A stretch of 37,613 nucleotides of DNA from a virus. The notes beneath the pieces are model-generated. The model had not been told where the DNA came from. It worked only from the letters and a program-made list of their open reading frames with translations, and searched no databases. Positions 22,123-29,770 of the stretch are shown piece by piece; positions within the stretch are counted from its first letter, which is position 1; every line of letters starts with the position of its first letter. Both the position numbers and the translations under genes were made by a program. The stretch is from positions 1 to 37,613 of IMG/VR virus record IMGVR_UViG_3300045988_014133, one strand, 5' to 3'.

Positions 22123-23540
22123 TGCATACAAAAAGACCATACGAATTACCAAAGCCAATCACGGCGGACCCGTCAATACTGGAGCACATCACGCCTCAGT
22201 TAATTGAGGGGTACATCAATAAGCACGAGAGCAAATTCAAGCGCTATGAATACCTTGAAAACCTATACAAGGGGTTTCACGACGTATATAGACAGCCGGA
22301 AAAGGAGAATTGGAAGCCCGACAACAGACTGGCAGTTAACTTCCCTAGGTACATCACAGACACCTTCCTAGGCTATGCCTACGGCGTACCGATTAAGTGC
22401 ACAGCATCGGAAGACTCAGAGGATGAGCGGCTGGCAGAATTCTACCGCAATAACGAAATGAACGACCATGATTCAGAGATGGCGAAAATGTGCTGCATCT
22501 ATGGGCACGCATGGGAGTTCTTCTATCAGGACGAAGACACCAACACAAAAGTGGTCGCCTATAATCCGAAAGACCTTTTTTGTGTCGTCGATGATACGGT
22601 GCAGCGCCGGGCACTGATGATGATTCAGTACGGGCGGCACACGGTGGACGGCGTGAACAATGGCGTGCTTTACGGCATGGCAGCCACGGCAGACACGCTT
22701 TATTACTTTGACAACGGAAAAATCGTTGATAGGAAAGAGAACCCATACGGCTTAATCCCATGTGTCGAGTGGCGACTTAACGAGGAGCGCATCGGACTTT
22801 TTGAGGGAGTGGCTGGACTGGTGGAGACGTACAACAGGACACTGGGAGAGAAGGCAAATGATGTTGATGCTTTTGCAGAGGCTTATTTGGCTGTAATTGG
22901 GTCCGAGCTTGACGATGAAGACGTGTACCGCATTCGGGACAACCGAATCATTAACCTTTACGGCACGGATAACGCAAAGGATATTCTGGTTCAGTTCATG
23001 ACAAAACCAACGGCAGACGGAACGCAGGAAAATCTGCTGAACCGCCTTGAAAATCTGATATATCAGATATCTATGGTTGCGAACATCTCAGATGAACAGT
23101 TCGGAAACGCAAGCTCCGGTGTAGCTTTGGCTTATAAGTTGCAGGCGATGAGCAATCTTGCCGTGACATTTGACCGGAAGATAGAAAAGAGCCTAAGGAA
23201 GCGCTTCAAGATATGGTCAAGTCTATCAACCAACGTGGCTGACAGAGAGGTGTGGCGTGATATCGATATCAAGTTTACCCGGAATCTTCCAAAGAATCTG
23301 CAAGAGGAAGCACAGACCGCTTCACAGCTTGAAGGTATCGTGTCGAAGGAAACGCAGCTATCCGTGCTCTCCATCGTTCCGGACGTTAAGAAGGAAATTG
23401 AAAAGATGGAAGAGGAAGAAGAAGAGCAGATGCAGCAGTTGAGCATGTATCAGCAGACCATGGGGGCAGTAAATGGCGAAAACAACGCAGGAAATATTTC
23501 TGGCGAAAACGAAGGAGAACCGGGATTACTGGAGAAGTAG
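22122..23540 (+). CDS. Portal protein (SPP1 gp6-like)
   Basis: It is 472 aa and starts with a TAATG overlap on terL. The N-terminal pattern YINKHESKFKRYEYLENLYKG ... NRLAVNFPRYITDTFLGY matches the family, and the C-terminus is acidic. Confidence 0.9.
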   Translation: MHTKRPYELPKPITADPSILEHITPQLIEGYINKHESKFKRYEYLENLYKGFHDVYRQPEKENWKPDNRLAVNFPRYITDTFLGYAYGVPIKCTASEDSEDERLAEFYRNNEMNDHDSEMAKMCCIYGHAWEFFYQDEDTNTKVVAYNPKDLFCVVDDTVQRRALMMIQYGRHTVDGVNNGVLYGMAATADTLYYFDNGKIVDRKENPYGLIPCVEWRLNEERIGLFEGVAGLVETYNRTLGEKANDVDAFAEAYLAVIGSELDDEDVYRIRDNRIINLYGTDNAKDILVQFMTKPTADGTQENLLNRLENLIYQISMVANISDEQFGNASSGVALAYKLQAMSNLAVTFDRKIEKSLRKRFKIWSSLSTNVADREVWRDIDIKFTRNLPKNLQEEAQTASQLEGIVSKETQLSVLSIVPDVKKEIEKMEEEEEEQMQQLSMYQQTMGAVNGENNAGNISGENEGEPGLLEK

Positions 23541-25038
23541 AGAAGACCGACAGGCGGTTGTAAACGAGCATACGATGAAAAACATCGATGCCGAAATTCA
23601 GCAGATTTACGAGCGGATGGTCCCAGAAATTCAAAAGGAAATTGAATCGTTCTATCAGAGGTACGCCGATAAAGAGGGAATCAGCCTAGCGGAAGCCAAA
23701 AAGAGAGTGTCGAAGTTCGATGTAAAGGCGTTCGAGGCAAGGGCTGCAAAACTGGTTAAAGACCGTGATTTCAGCGATGAGGCAAACGAGCTGATGAGGC
23801 TCTACAATGCAACTATGCGGATTAATCGGCTGGAGCTTTTAAAAGCGGATATCGGCTTGCATATGATAGACGGATTCGACGACCTAGAGAAGCTGACCGG
23901 AGAAAAGCTGACCGAGGAAGCCGTGAAGGAGTTCGAACGGCAAGCGGGAATCTTAGGGAATGGCGTTAAAGGTGCATCCGAAAGAGCTAAAAGCCTAGTG
24001 GGGCAGTCTTTCATGAATGCCACATTCAGCGAGCGCATATGGAGCAATCAGGAAGCATTGCGAAATAAGCTATCCACGATACTCACAAAGGGCTTGATTG
24101 GTGGTAAGAGCTATCAAAGCCTAGCGGCGGAGATTCGGAAGGATTTCAGCGTATCGGCACGAGAAGCAATGAGACTGGTTCGAACTGAAATGGTCCGGGT
24201 GCAGACACAGGCTCAGATTGATTCGTACAAGGCGAACGGATGGGAAGAGTTCGAATTCCTAGCATACGGCACGGCATCATGTGAAATCTGCAACGCCCTA
24301 AACAAAAAGCATTTCAAGATATCGGATTTTCAACCGGCAGAGAATGCGCCACCTATGCATCCGAATTGCAGATGCCGGACGGCGCCATACGAGGATGAAG
24401 AAGAATATCAGAAATGGTTGGATTCGTTCGGAAATTCAGATGATAAATCAGAGTTCTTAGGACAAACGACGAGGATAACCAAAAAGAGTCGCCCAACCGA
24501 TAGAGATATTGTTGATAGGGAACTGGTAAATTCAAAAGCGTTTCATGACAAATTCGAAAACTTAACAGGAAGAAAGATGGTTGATGAAATCATTTATCAA
24601 GAAGCAATGAAGATTCTTGAACACAGAGATGGAACGAGACAAGAAGATTTGGTTGTGTTGGACAGAAGGACAGGAGCAGTGGTTACGAAAGTTACGGACT
24701 CAGAAGATGACGGAAAACTAGTACTTACGAAAGAGCAACTAGAAGCGATAGAATCCTATCCTAAAGAAATAGTGCTACTTCACAATCATCCGAACGGAAG
24801 CAGACCCTCTTATACCGATATTTTGAGACTAAAGGATAAAAACGTTTCGTCAGTTATTGCAGTTGGGCACGATGGCAGCGTATACGAAATATCTGGATTG
24901 AACGAAAATATTGATATTGAAAAAATATATGAAGAATCGTATAATTACTACAAGAAAATATATGACTCTAAAACCGCAAACATTCATGCTACAAATGAAG
25001 TATATGATTCGGGTGCGTTTACCGTAAAAAAGAGGTGA
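23473..25038 (+). CDS. Head morphogenesis protein (Mu F / SPP1 gp7 family) with a ~200-aa C-terminal RadC-like JAB/MPN extension
   Basis: MuF core motifs are RTEMVRVQTQAQ and APPMHPNCRCRTAPY. The C-terminal QEDLVVLDRRTGAVV ... LLHNHPNGSRPSYTD (nt 24781-24819) fits the JAMM E...HxH...SxxD motif. Confidence 0.85.
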   Translation: MAKTTQEIFLAKTKENRDYWRSREDRQAVVNEHTMKNIDAEIQQIYERMVPEIQKEIESFYQRYADKEGISLAEAKKRVSKFDVKAFEARAAKLVKDRDFSDEANELMRLYNATMRINRLELLKADIGLHMIDGFDDLEKLTGEKLTEEAVKEFERQAGILGNGVKGASERAKSLVGQSFMNATFSERIWSNQEALRNKLSTILTKGLIGGKSYQSLAAEIRKDFSVSAREAMRLVRTEMVRVQTQAQIDSYKANGWEEFEFLAYGTASCEICNALNKKHFKISDFQPAENAPPMHPNCRCRTAPYEDEEEYQKWLDSFGNSDDKSEFLGQTTRITKKSRPTDRDIVDRELVNSKAFHDKFENLTGRKMVDEIIYQEAMKILEHRDGTRQEDLVVLDRRTGAVVTKVTDSEDDGKLVLTKEQLEAIESYPKEIVLLHNHPNGSRPSYTDILRLKDKNVSSVIAVGHDGSVYEISGLNENIDIEKIYEESYNYYKKIYDSKTANIHATNEVYDSGAFTVKKR

Positions 25039-25042
25039 TGAT

Positions 25043-25198
25043 ATGGAAATTAACGAAAAGGGAAAGTTCACATATATGGACGATTCCGTGGATATTGGAA
25101 AAGAGGCGCCGCCGATACCAGAAGAAAATCGACAATTTCATGAACAGGTAAAGAAAAAGATAAGAGAGAAGTATTTAACTAAAGCACCTACGGTCTAG
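25043..25198 (+). CDS. Small hypothetical protein (51 aa) downstream of the MuF-JAB gene, below the ORF-track cutoff
   Basis: AGAGG lies 7 nt before the ATG. The protein is MEINEKGKFTYMDDSVDIGKEAPPIPEENRQFHEQVKKKIREKYLTKAPTV. Its stop sits inside the terminator stem. Confidence 0.45.
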   Translation: MEINEKGKFTYMDDSVDIGKEAPPIPEENRQFHEQVKKKIREKYLTKAPTV

Positions 25199-25208
25199 GT
25201 GCTTTTTT
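25183..25208 (+). terminator. Rho-independent terminator
   Basis: The stem AGCACCTA / TAGGTGCT has 8 bp and the loop CGGTC. It is followed by a T-run. Confidence 0.8.
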
Positions 25209-25366
25209 AGTACACGAAATGCAAGCTTAATAATTATACCTTTGAAGAAAAATCGCTCATTATAGGGTGATTTTTTATATACCCTTTTTCGGGTGTGTCC
25301 AAGCATTTACGACATTAAACTGTATGGAATATCAAGCATTGCGATGTAAAACACATGGAGGAAATT

Positions 25367-25915
25367 ATGGCAGAAGAAATGAACAATCAGAACACAAGCG
25401 CAAACACTGAACCGAAAACCGAGCCGAACACTCAGACCGAGCCGAAAGGTGGAGCTGAGCCGGAAAAGAAGTATTCGGATGAAGACCTCGATAAAATCAT
25501 CGGTCAGAAGTACGCAAAATGGAGCGAAAAAACCGATAAAGCTATCGAGGATGCCAAAGCGGAGGCGGTCAAGCTGGCGAAAATGAACGCAGAGCAGAAA
25601 GCCGCCTATGAATCAGAGCAGAAGGACCTCAAAATTGCGGAAATGGAAGCACAGCTGCAGAAAATCGCACTGGGCAAGGTTGCCGGTGAGATTCTCAAGG
25701 AGCAGGGCATGGATGCTACACAGGACATTCTGGACATGGTCGTAGGCACAACCGCAGAGGACACAAAAGCACAGGTGGAAGCGTTCGTGAAGCTGGTCAA
25801 TGCACAGGTGGAAATCCGAGAAAGACAGAGGGCGACAGGTACCACCCCGAAATCTTACACCGGGTCGGAACCGCTTAGTGAAATTGAACAGCGGATTGCA
25901 AAGTACAGGAAGTAA
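25367..25915 (+). CDS. Capsid scaffolding protein (DUF4355-like)
   Basis: GGAGG lies 5 nt before ATG 25367. It is an acidic, helical, coiled-coil protein (KYSDEDLDKIIGQKYAKWSEK ... AEMEAQLQK) directly upstream of the major capsid gene. Confidence 0.8.
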   Translation: MAEEMNNQNTSANTEPKTEPNTQTEPKGGAEPEKKYSDEDLDKIIGQKYAKWSEKTDKAIEDAKAEAVKLAKMNAEQKAAYESEQKDLKIAEMEAQLQKIALGKVAGEILKEQGMDATQDILDMVVGTTAEDTKAQVEAFVKLVNAQVEIRERQRATGTTPKSYTGSEPLSEIEQRIAKYRK

Positions 25916-25927
25916 AAGGAGTAAATC

Positions 25928-26812
25928 ATGGCAGGTGAAAACAATAATCAGGCAGTAAGACGTTATACCAAGGAGTTTAAGGACCTTATGCAGGCGGTAT
26001 ACCAGACCCGAGCGTACTTTGGAGACTTTTTCGGCGGCGGAATCGAGGCACTGGACGGAATTCAGGAGAATCAGACCGCATTCAGCGTTAAGACTTCCGA
26101 CATTCCGGTAGCGGTAGGCACTTACAACACCGAGGAGAACACCGCATTCGGAACTGGAACGGGAAAGTCCAACAGATTCGGCAACAGAACCGAGATTATC
26201 TATACCAATTCGGATGTTCCTTACAGCTGGGGCTGGAGCTTCCACGAAGGAATCGACCGGAACACGGTTAACAACGACTTCGACACGGCGGTGGCTGACC
26301 GTCTTGAGCTGCAGGCACAGGCAAAGACGAACCAGTTCAATACCCATCACGGAAAGTTCATTTCCGATAGCGCCGCTGAGACAATCGAGGCGGCAGCAAT
26401 CACCGAAGAAGAGGTTGTAAAGGCATTCAACGCCCTTGCAAAGTACTTTGTGAACATTGGGGCTGTTGGCACAAAGGTAGCAAAGGTTACGCCGGATGTA
26501 TGGAACATCATTGTTGATTCAAAGCTCATGACTACAGCAAAGGGTAGTTCTGTTAACGTGGACAACAACACAGTGAACACCTTCAAGGGTTTTCAGCTTG
26601 AGGTGATTCCGGATGCAATGTTCCAGAAGAACGAGTGCATTTACGCTTATATCACCGGAATCGGTAAGGCGTTCACCGGCATTCAGACTGCTAGAACCAT
26701 CGAATCCGAGGATTTCGACGGCGTGGCACTGCAGGGAGCCGGTAAAGCGGGTGAGTACATTCTCCCGGCTAACAAGAAGGCGGTTGCAAAGGTTACAGCT
26801 ACGGTAGCATAG
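25928..26812 (+). CDS. Major capsid protein
   Basis: It has an AAAGGAG RBS, is 294 aa and follows the scaffold gene. The assignment rests on position and size. Confidence 0.8.
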   Translation: MAGENNNQAVRRYTKEFKDLMQAVYQTRAYFGDFFGGGIEALDGIQENQTAFSVKTSDIPVAVGTYNTEENTAFGTGTGKSNRFGNRTEIIYTNSDVPYSWGWSFHEGIDRNTVNNDFDTAVADRLELQAQAKTNQFNTHHGKFISDSAAETIEAAAITEEEVVKAFNALAKYFVNIGAVGTKVAKVTPDVWNIIVDSKLMTTAKGSSVNVDNNTVNTFKGFQLEVIPDAMFQKNECIYAYITGIGKAFTGIQTARTIESEDFDGVALQGAGKAGEYILPANKKAVAKVTATVA

Positions 26813-26822
26813 GAGGTAAGTA

Positions 26823-27056
26823 ATGGGTTATGTGGTTATTCATCGGTTCGCCGACACACAGGATGTGACCGAAACGAAGAACGGTTCAATTCCGTACATT
26901 TACGAAATCGGTGACGAGTTCCCACGAGCTGGAAAGCGTGTGAACAAGGGCAGAATTGAAGAGCTGGCGGGTTCTAAAAACAAGCCGGGCTTTCCACTGA
27001 TTGAGTACACCGAGGAGTGCAACACAAAGACCGTGAAAGGCAAAAGGACGAAGTAG
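26823..27056 (+). CDS. Hypothetical head-module protein (77 aa)
   Basis: It has an AGGAGG RBS. It lies between the capsid and connector genes. Confidence 0.6.
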   Translation: MGYVVIHRFADTQDVTETKNGSIPYIYEIGDEFPRAGKRVNKGRIEELAGSKNKPGFPLIEYTEECNTKTVKGKRTK

Positions 27057-27071
27057 TCGGAAAGGCACGAC

Positions 27072-27398
27072 ATGGAAGACTTGTTAGAATTGCTCAATAT
27101 GCAAGATGCCGGAGACGAACAGAGGAAGAAGCTGCAAACCATTATGGATATCACAAGCGACAGATTGAAAGTAAAGCTGGGCACTGATGAAGTGCCCAGT
27201 CAGCTGTCCTACATCGTGACGGAGGTATCCATCATCCGATTCAACCGGATTGGTTCAGAGGGGCTTTCTTCCCATACCGTCGAGGGCGAATCACTCAATT
27301 TCAGCGGAGACGACTTCACGCCGTATGAAGGCGACATTCAGGCGTGGATTGATGAAAACAAAGGCACGTCAAGAAGGGGGAGGATTCGTTTTATATGA
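27072..27398 (+). CDS. Head-tail connector protein (gp6-like / DNA packaging family)
   Basis: The pattern YIVTEVSIIRFNRIGSEGLSSHTVEGESLNF is typical of this family. Position also supports the call. Confidence 0.7.
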   Translation: MEDLLELLNMQDAGDEQRKKLQTIMDITSDRLKVKLGTDEVPSQLSYIVTEVSIIRFNRIGSEGLSSHTVEGESLNFSGDDFTPYEGDIQAWIDENKGTSRRGRIRFI

Positions 27399-27703
27399 GA
27401 TTTGGTACACAGGTGTACTTTCGCATCGAAAAGTCAGATTACAACGCTCAAACGGGCGATTATGACCGTCTGAAAGTGTTCGAGGTTCCGGCTAGAGCTT
27501 CAGTAAACCAAACAGAAACCGCAATGATTCGGATGGTATACGACAGTATACCGCAGGAGTCGTTGACGGTCCGGCTCCAAAACAAATATGAGAAGCCGTT
27601 CGACTATATTCGAATCGGAAAAAAGCTCTACAAGGTGGACAAGAGAATCGACTTATACACCAAACAAGCGTTCATTGTTTCGGAGGTACAGCATGGGCGT
27701 TGA
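27395..27703 (+). CDS. Head closure / head-tail adaptor protein
   Basis: It starts with an ATGA overlap. Size and position are those of SPP1 gp16-like proteins. Confidence 0.5.
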   Translation: MRFGTQVYFRIEKSDYNAQTGDYDRLKVFEVPARASVNQTETAMIRMVYDSIPQESLTVRLQNKYEKPFDYIRIGKKLYKVDKRIDLYTKQAFIVSEVQHGR

Positions 27704-28079
27704 TATTAAATGGGAAGGTCTCGACAAGCTGCAGGACAACTTAGAAAAAGCCGCCACACTGGACGACATTAAACGAGTGGTCCGGCACCAAGAAAAAAAC
27801 CTTATCGAGACGGCAAGCAAGCACGCCGTGAAAGCAAGTGAGGGCGGAGTTTTTGCAGGTGGCTATTCCGGAGTAGAGCAATCTCTCGGAAACATTAAAA
27901 ACAATCTGAAAACTGACCTATACGAAGAAGGTTTAGCGGTTGGAATAGGCACAACAGCCGAACACGCCGCCTACGTTGAGTACGGTACCCGGAACATGCC
28001 GCCGGAGCCATTCATGGAACCGACGGCACGAGAAGCGGGAGAGAAGTTTGTGAGAGATTTGAGGAAGTTGTTTAAATGA
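27693..28079 (+). CDS. HK97 gp10-family tail component
   Basis: GGAGG precedes ATG 27693. The motif is AEHAAYVEYGTRNMPPEPFMEP. Confidence 0.7.
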   Translation: MGVDIKWEGLDKLQDNLEKAATLDDIKRVVRHQEKNLIETASKHAVKASEGGVFAGGYSGVEQSLGNIKNNLKTDLYEEGLAVGIGTTAEHAAYVEYGTRNMPPEPFMEPTAREAGEKFVRDLRKLFK

Positions 28080-28462
28080 TGGATGCACAGCAAAGCCTTT
28101 TTACAGGGTTGAAAATGAAGATTGAAGCACTCGGATTAAGCGTGTATGACGGCGGTATGCCTTCTGAGGATGCGCCATACCCTTTTGTGTATCTCGCAGA
28201 TAACACGATGCGGGATATGATGGTTAAGGGAAGCGGAATCGGCACGGTATCGCAAAACATCCACGTATGGCAGAACAATTTGAAAAAGAGAGGCACGCTC
28301 TCACGGATTGCTGCAGAAGTGATGGAGGTTTGCCGGGAGTTCGAGGAGTACGGCGGCACGGGCTACACATTGCGGAGCTTGAGTCAGAAAATCATATCAG
28401 ACAACAGCACGGCGGAACCATTAATGCACGCAATTATCGAGGCAGAATATTACTACAGCTAA
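28076..28462 (+). CDS. Tail completion / tail terminator protein
   Basis: It starts with an ATGA overlap, is 128 aa and lies immediately upstream of the major tail protein. Confidence 0.5.
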   Translation: MMDAQQSLFTGLKMKIEALGLSVYDGGMPSEDAPYPFVYLADNTMRDMMVKGSGIGTVSQNIHVWQNNLKKRGTLSRIAAEVMEVCREFEEYGGTGYTLRSLSQKIISDNSTAEPLMHAIIEAEYYYS

Positions 28463-28477
28463 AGAAGGAGAAGAATT

Positions 28478-28978
28478 ATGGCAACAGCGATTGCAGGAAA
28501 GAAAATCATTTATCTTTACCGGTTGCTTGAGGATGCATCGAAGGAAGCAGCAAAGCAGATTGCATTTGTAACCGAGAACGGCAGAACGAAGTCGAAGGAT
28601 GCGGATTCAACAGCAACGAAGGACGGCACTATTCGTACCCCAGCAACAGCGGAGGTTGAAATCACGTGCACTTCCATTCTGGCAAAGGGTGACACCATGC
28701 TGGACAAGCTTGAATCTGCATTGGATAACGACAAATTGATTGAAGTATGGGAAGCAAACATGGATGAACCAGTTGAAAGTAAGACAAACCAGTACAAGGG
28801 CACTTACTTTCAGGGGTATCTTACCGAGATTGAGAGAACAGCCAACGCCGAGGACATGGTCGAGGTATCTCTCACCTTTGGTATCAACGGAGCGGGCGCA
28901 AAGGGCAACGTAACCGTAACAGACACGCAGGCAGACATGGCTTCCTATGTATTCAAAGACACTACAGTAGGAGCATAA
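28478..28978 (+). CDS. Major tail protein (TP901-1/phi13-like)
   Basis: It has an AAGGAG RBS and the pattern KIIYLYRLLEDASKEAAKQIAFVTENGRTKSKD. It precedes the chaperone and tape measure genes. Confidence 0.8.
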   Translation: MATAIAGKKIIYLYRLLEDASKEAAKQIAFVTENGRTKSKDADSTATKDGTIRTPATAEVEITCTSILAKGDTMLDKLESALDNDKLIEVWEANMDEPVESKTNQYKGTYFQGYLTEIERTANAEDMVEVSLTFGINGAGAKGNVTVTDTQADMASYVFKDTTVGA

Positions 28979-28989
28979 GTTTTAAGCGG

Positions 28990-29015
28990 GCGGGGGACGA
29001 TTGTTCCCCGCTTTT
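28990..29015 (+). terminator. Terminator/attenuator hairpin after the major tail gene
   Basis: GCGGGGGA / TCCCCGC is a GC-rich stem of about 8 bp. It is followed by TTTT. Confidence 0.5.
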
Positions 29016-29033
29016 GGTATATGGAGGATTAAT

Positions 29034-29405
29034 ATGTACGATATTGAAATCAACGGCACATCATACCCGGTTAAGTTTGGAATGAATTTCATTAGAGAGA
29101 TGAATCAGAGGGTTACTGTTTCCATGGATGCATGGGGCGGCAAAGAAGAGAATGTTGGGCTGAATTATTACATCGCAAGGCTGTTTGATGGAGACCTTGA
29201 GGCATTGCAGCAGATTCTTTTTGTGGCAAACAAAACCGAAACCCCAAAGCTCAATATTTCCATGCTTAATGATTGGTTCGAGGACGAGAACACCGATATT
29301 GACGAAGTGTTTAAGAAGGTGACCGATTTTTTATCAAATGCGAATTGTACGAAGAAGACGTACAGGGCAGTCAAGAAGGCAGTGGAAGAGCAGAAACAGA
29401 ATTAA
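29034..29405 (+). CDS. Tail assembly chaperone (gpG-like)
   Basis: GGAGG precedes ATG 29034. It lies between the major tail and tape measure genes and contains a slippery heptamer near its 3' end. Confidence 0.7.
   Translation: MYDIEINGTSYPVKFGMNFIREMNQRVTVSMDAWGGKEENVGLNYYIARLFDGDLEALQQILFVANKTETPKLNISMLNDWFEDENTDIDEVFKKVTDFLSNANCTKKTYRAVKKAVEEQKQN
29327..29333 (+). promoter_or_regulatory. -1 programmed ribosomal frameshift slippery heptamer T_TTT_TTA
   Basis: In the chaperone frame the codons are gaT TTT TTA. The -1 frame is open from 29315 through 29770. A possible hairpin TGTACG / CGTACA lies at 29346-29364. Confidence 0.55.
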
Positions 29406-29770
29406 ACCACATGACCTTTGAAAAGCTGATAGCCAAAATCACGGAAGATTGCTTCCGGTTTTTTGGCTTCCGGAGTTTCGATGAAGTGGACCGGCTGACG
29501 TTCCCGGAATATGAGCTGCTATGTAAAGCTCACAAGTTGAGCACGGTGGATAAAGATATGTGGGTTCACAAGCTCGCCTATCTGAACTTCATGGCTAAGG
29601 CAAGCCGAAAGGCGGGAAAGACACGGACCAAACCGGTATATGAAACGTTTGACAAGTTCTACGACTATCAGAAGGCACTGGAAAAGGTAGAGCGGGAATA
29701 CGACACGGAGCGGAACGAAAGATTCCTTGCTATCAGCAGAAAAATGAAAGAAGAAAGGAGGGAAGAATGA
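29333..29770 (+). CDS. -1 frame extension of the tail assembly chaperone (gpT-like part of a G-T fusion)
   Basis: The frame overlaps the chaperone 3' end and ends with ATGA at the tape measure start. There is no convincing RBS for the internal ATG 29411. Confidence 0.55.
   Translation: MKCELYEEDVQGSQEGSGRAETELNHMTFEKLIAKITEDCFRFFGFRSFDEVDRLTFPEYELLCKAHKLSTVDKDMWVHKLAYLNFMAKASRKAGKTRTKPVYETFDKFYDYQKALEKVEREYDTERNERFLAISRKMKEERREE

Noticed and set aside
25613-26350. 245-aa minus-strand ORF
   Set aside because: It is antisense to the scaffold and major capsid genes, with no RBS and a Cys/Leu/Arg-rich off-frame composition.
29411-29770. Independent ATG start for the gpT-like frame
   Set aside because: There is no convincing SD upstream (GAAGAG far from the ATG). 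The frame is open well upstream and contains a canonical slippery heptamer, so expression by -1 frameshifting is more parsimonious. An independent start cannot be excluded.
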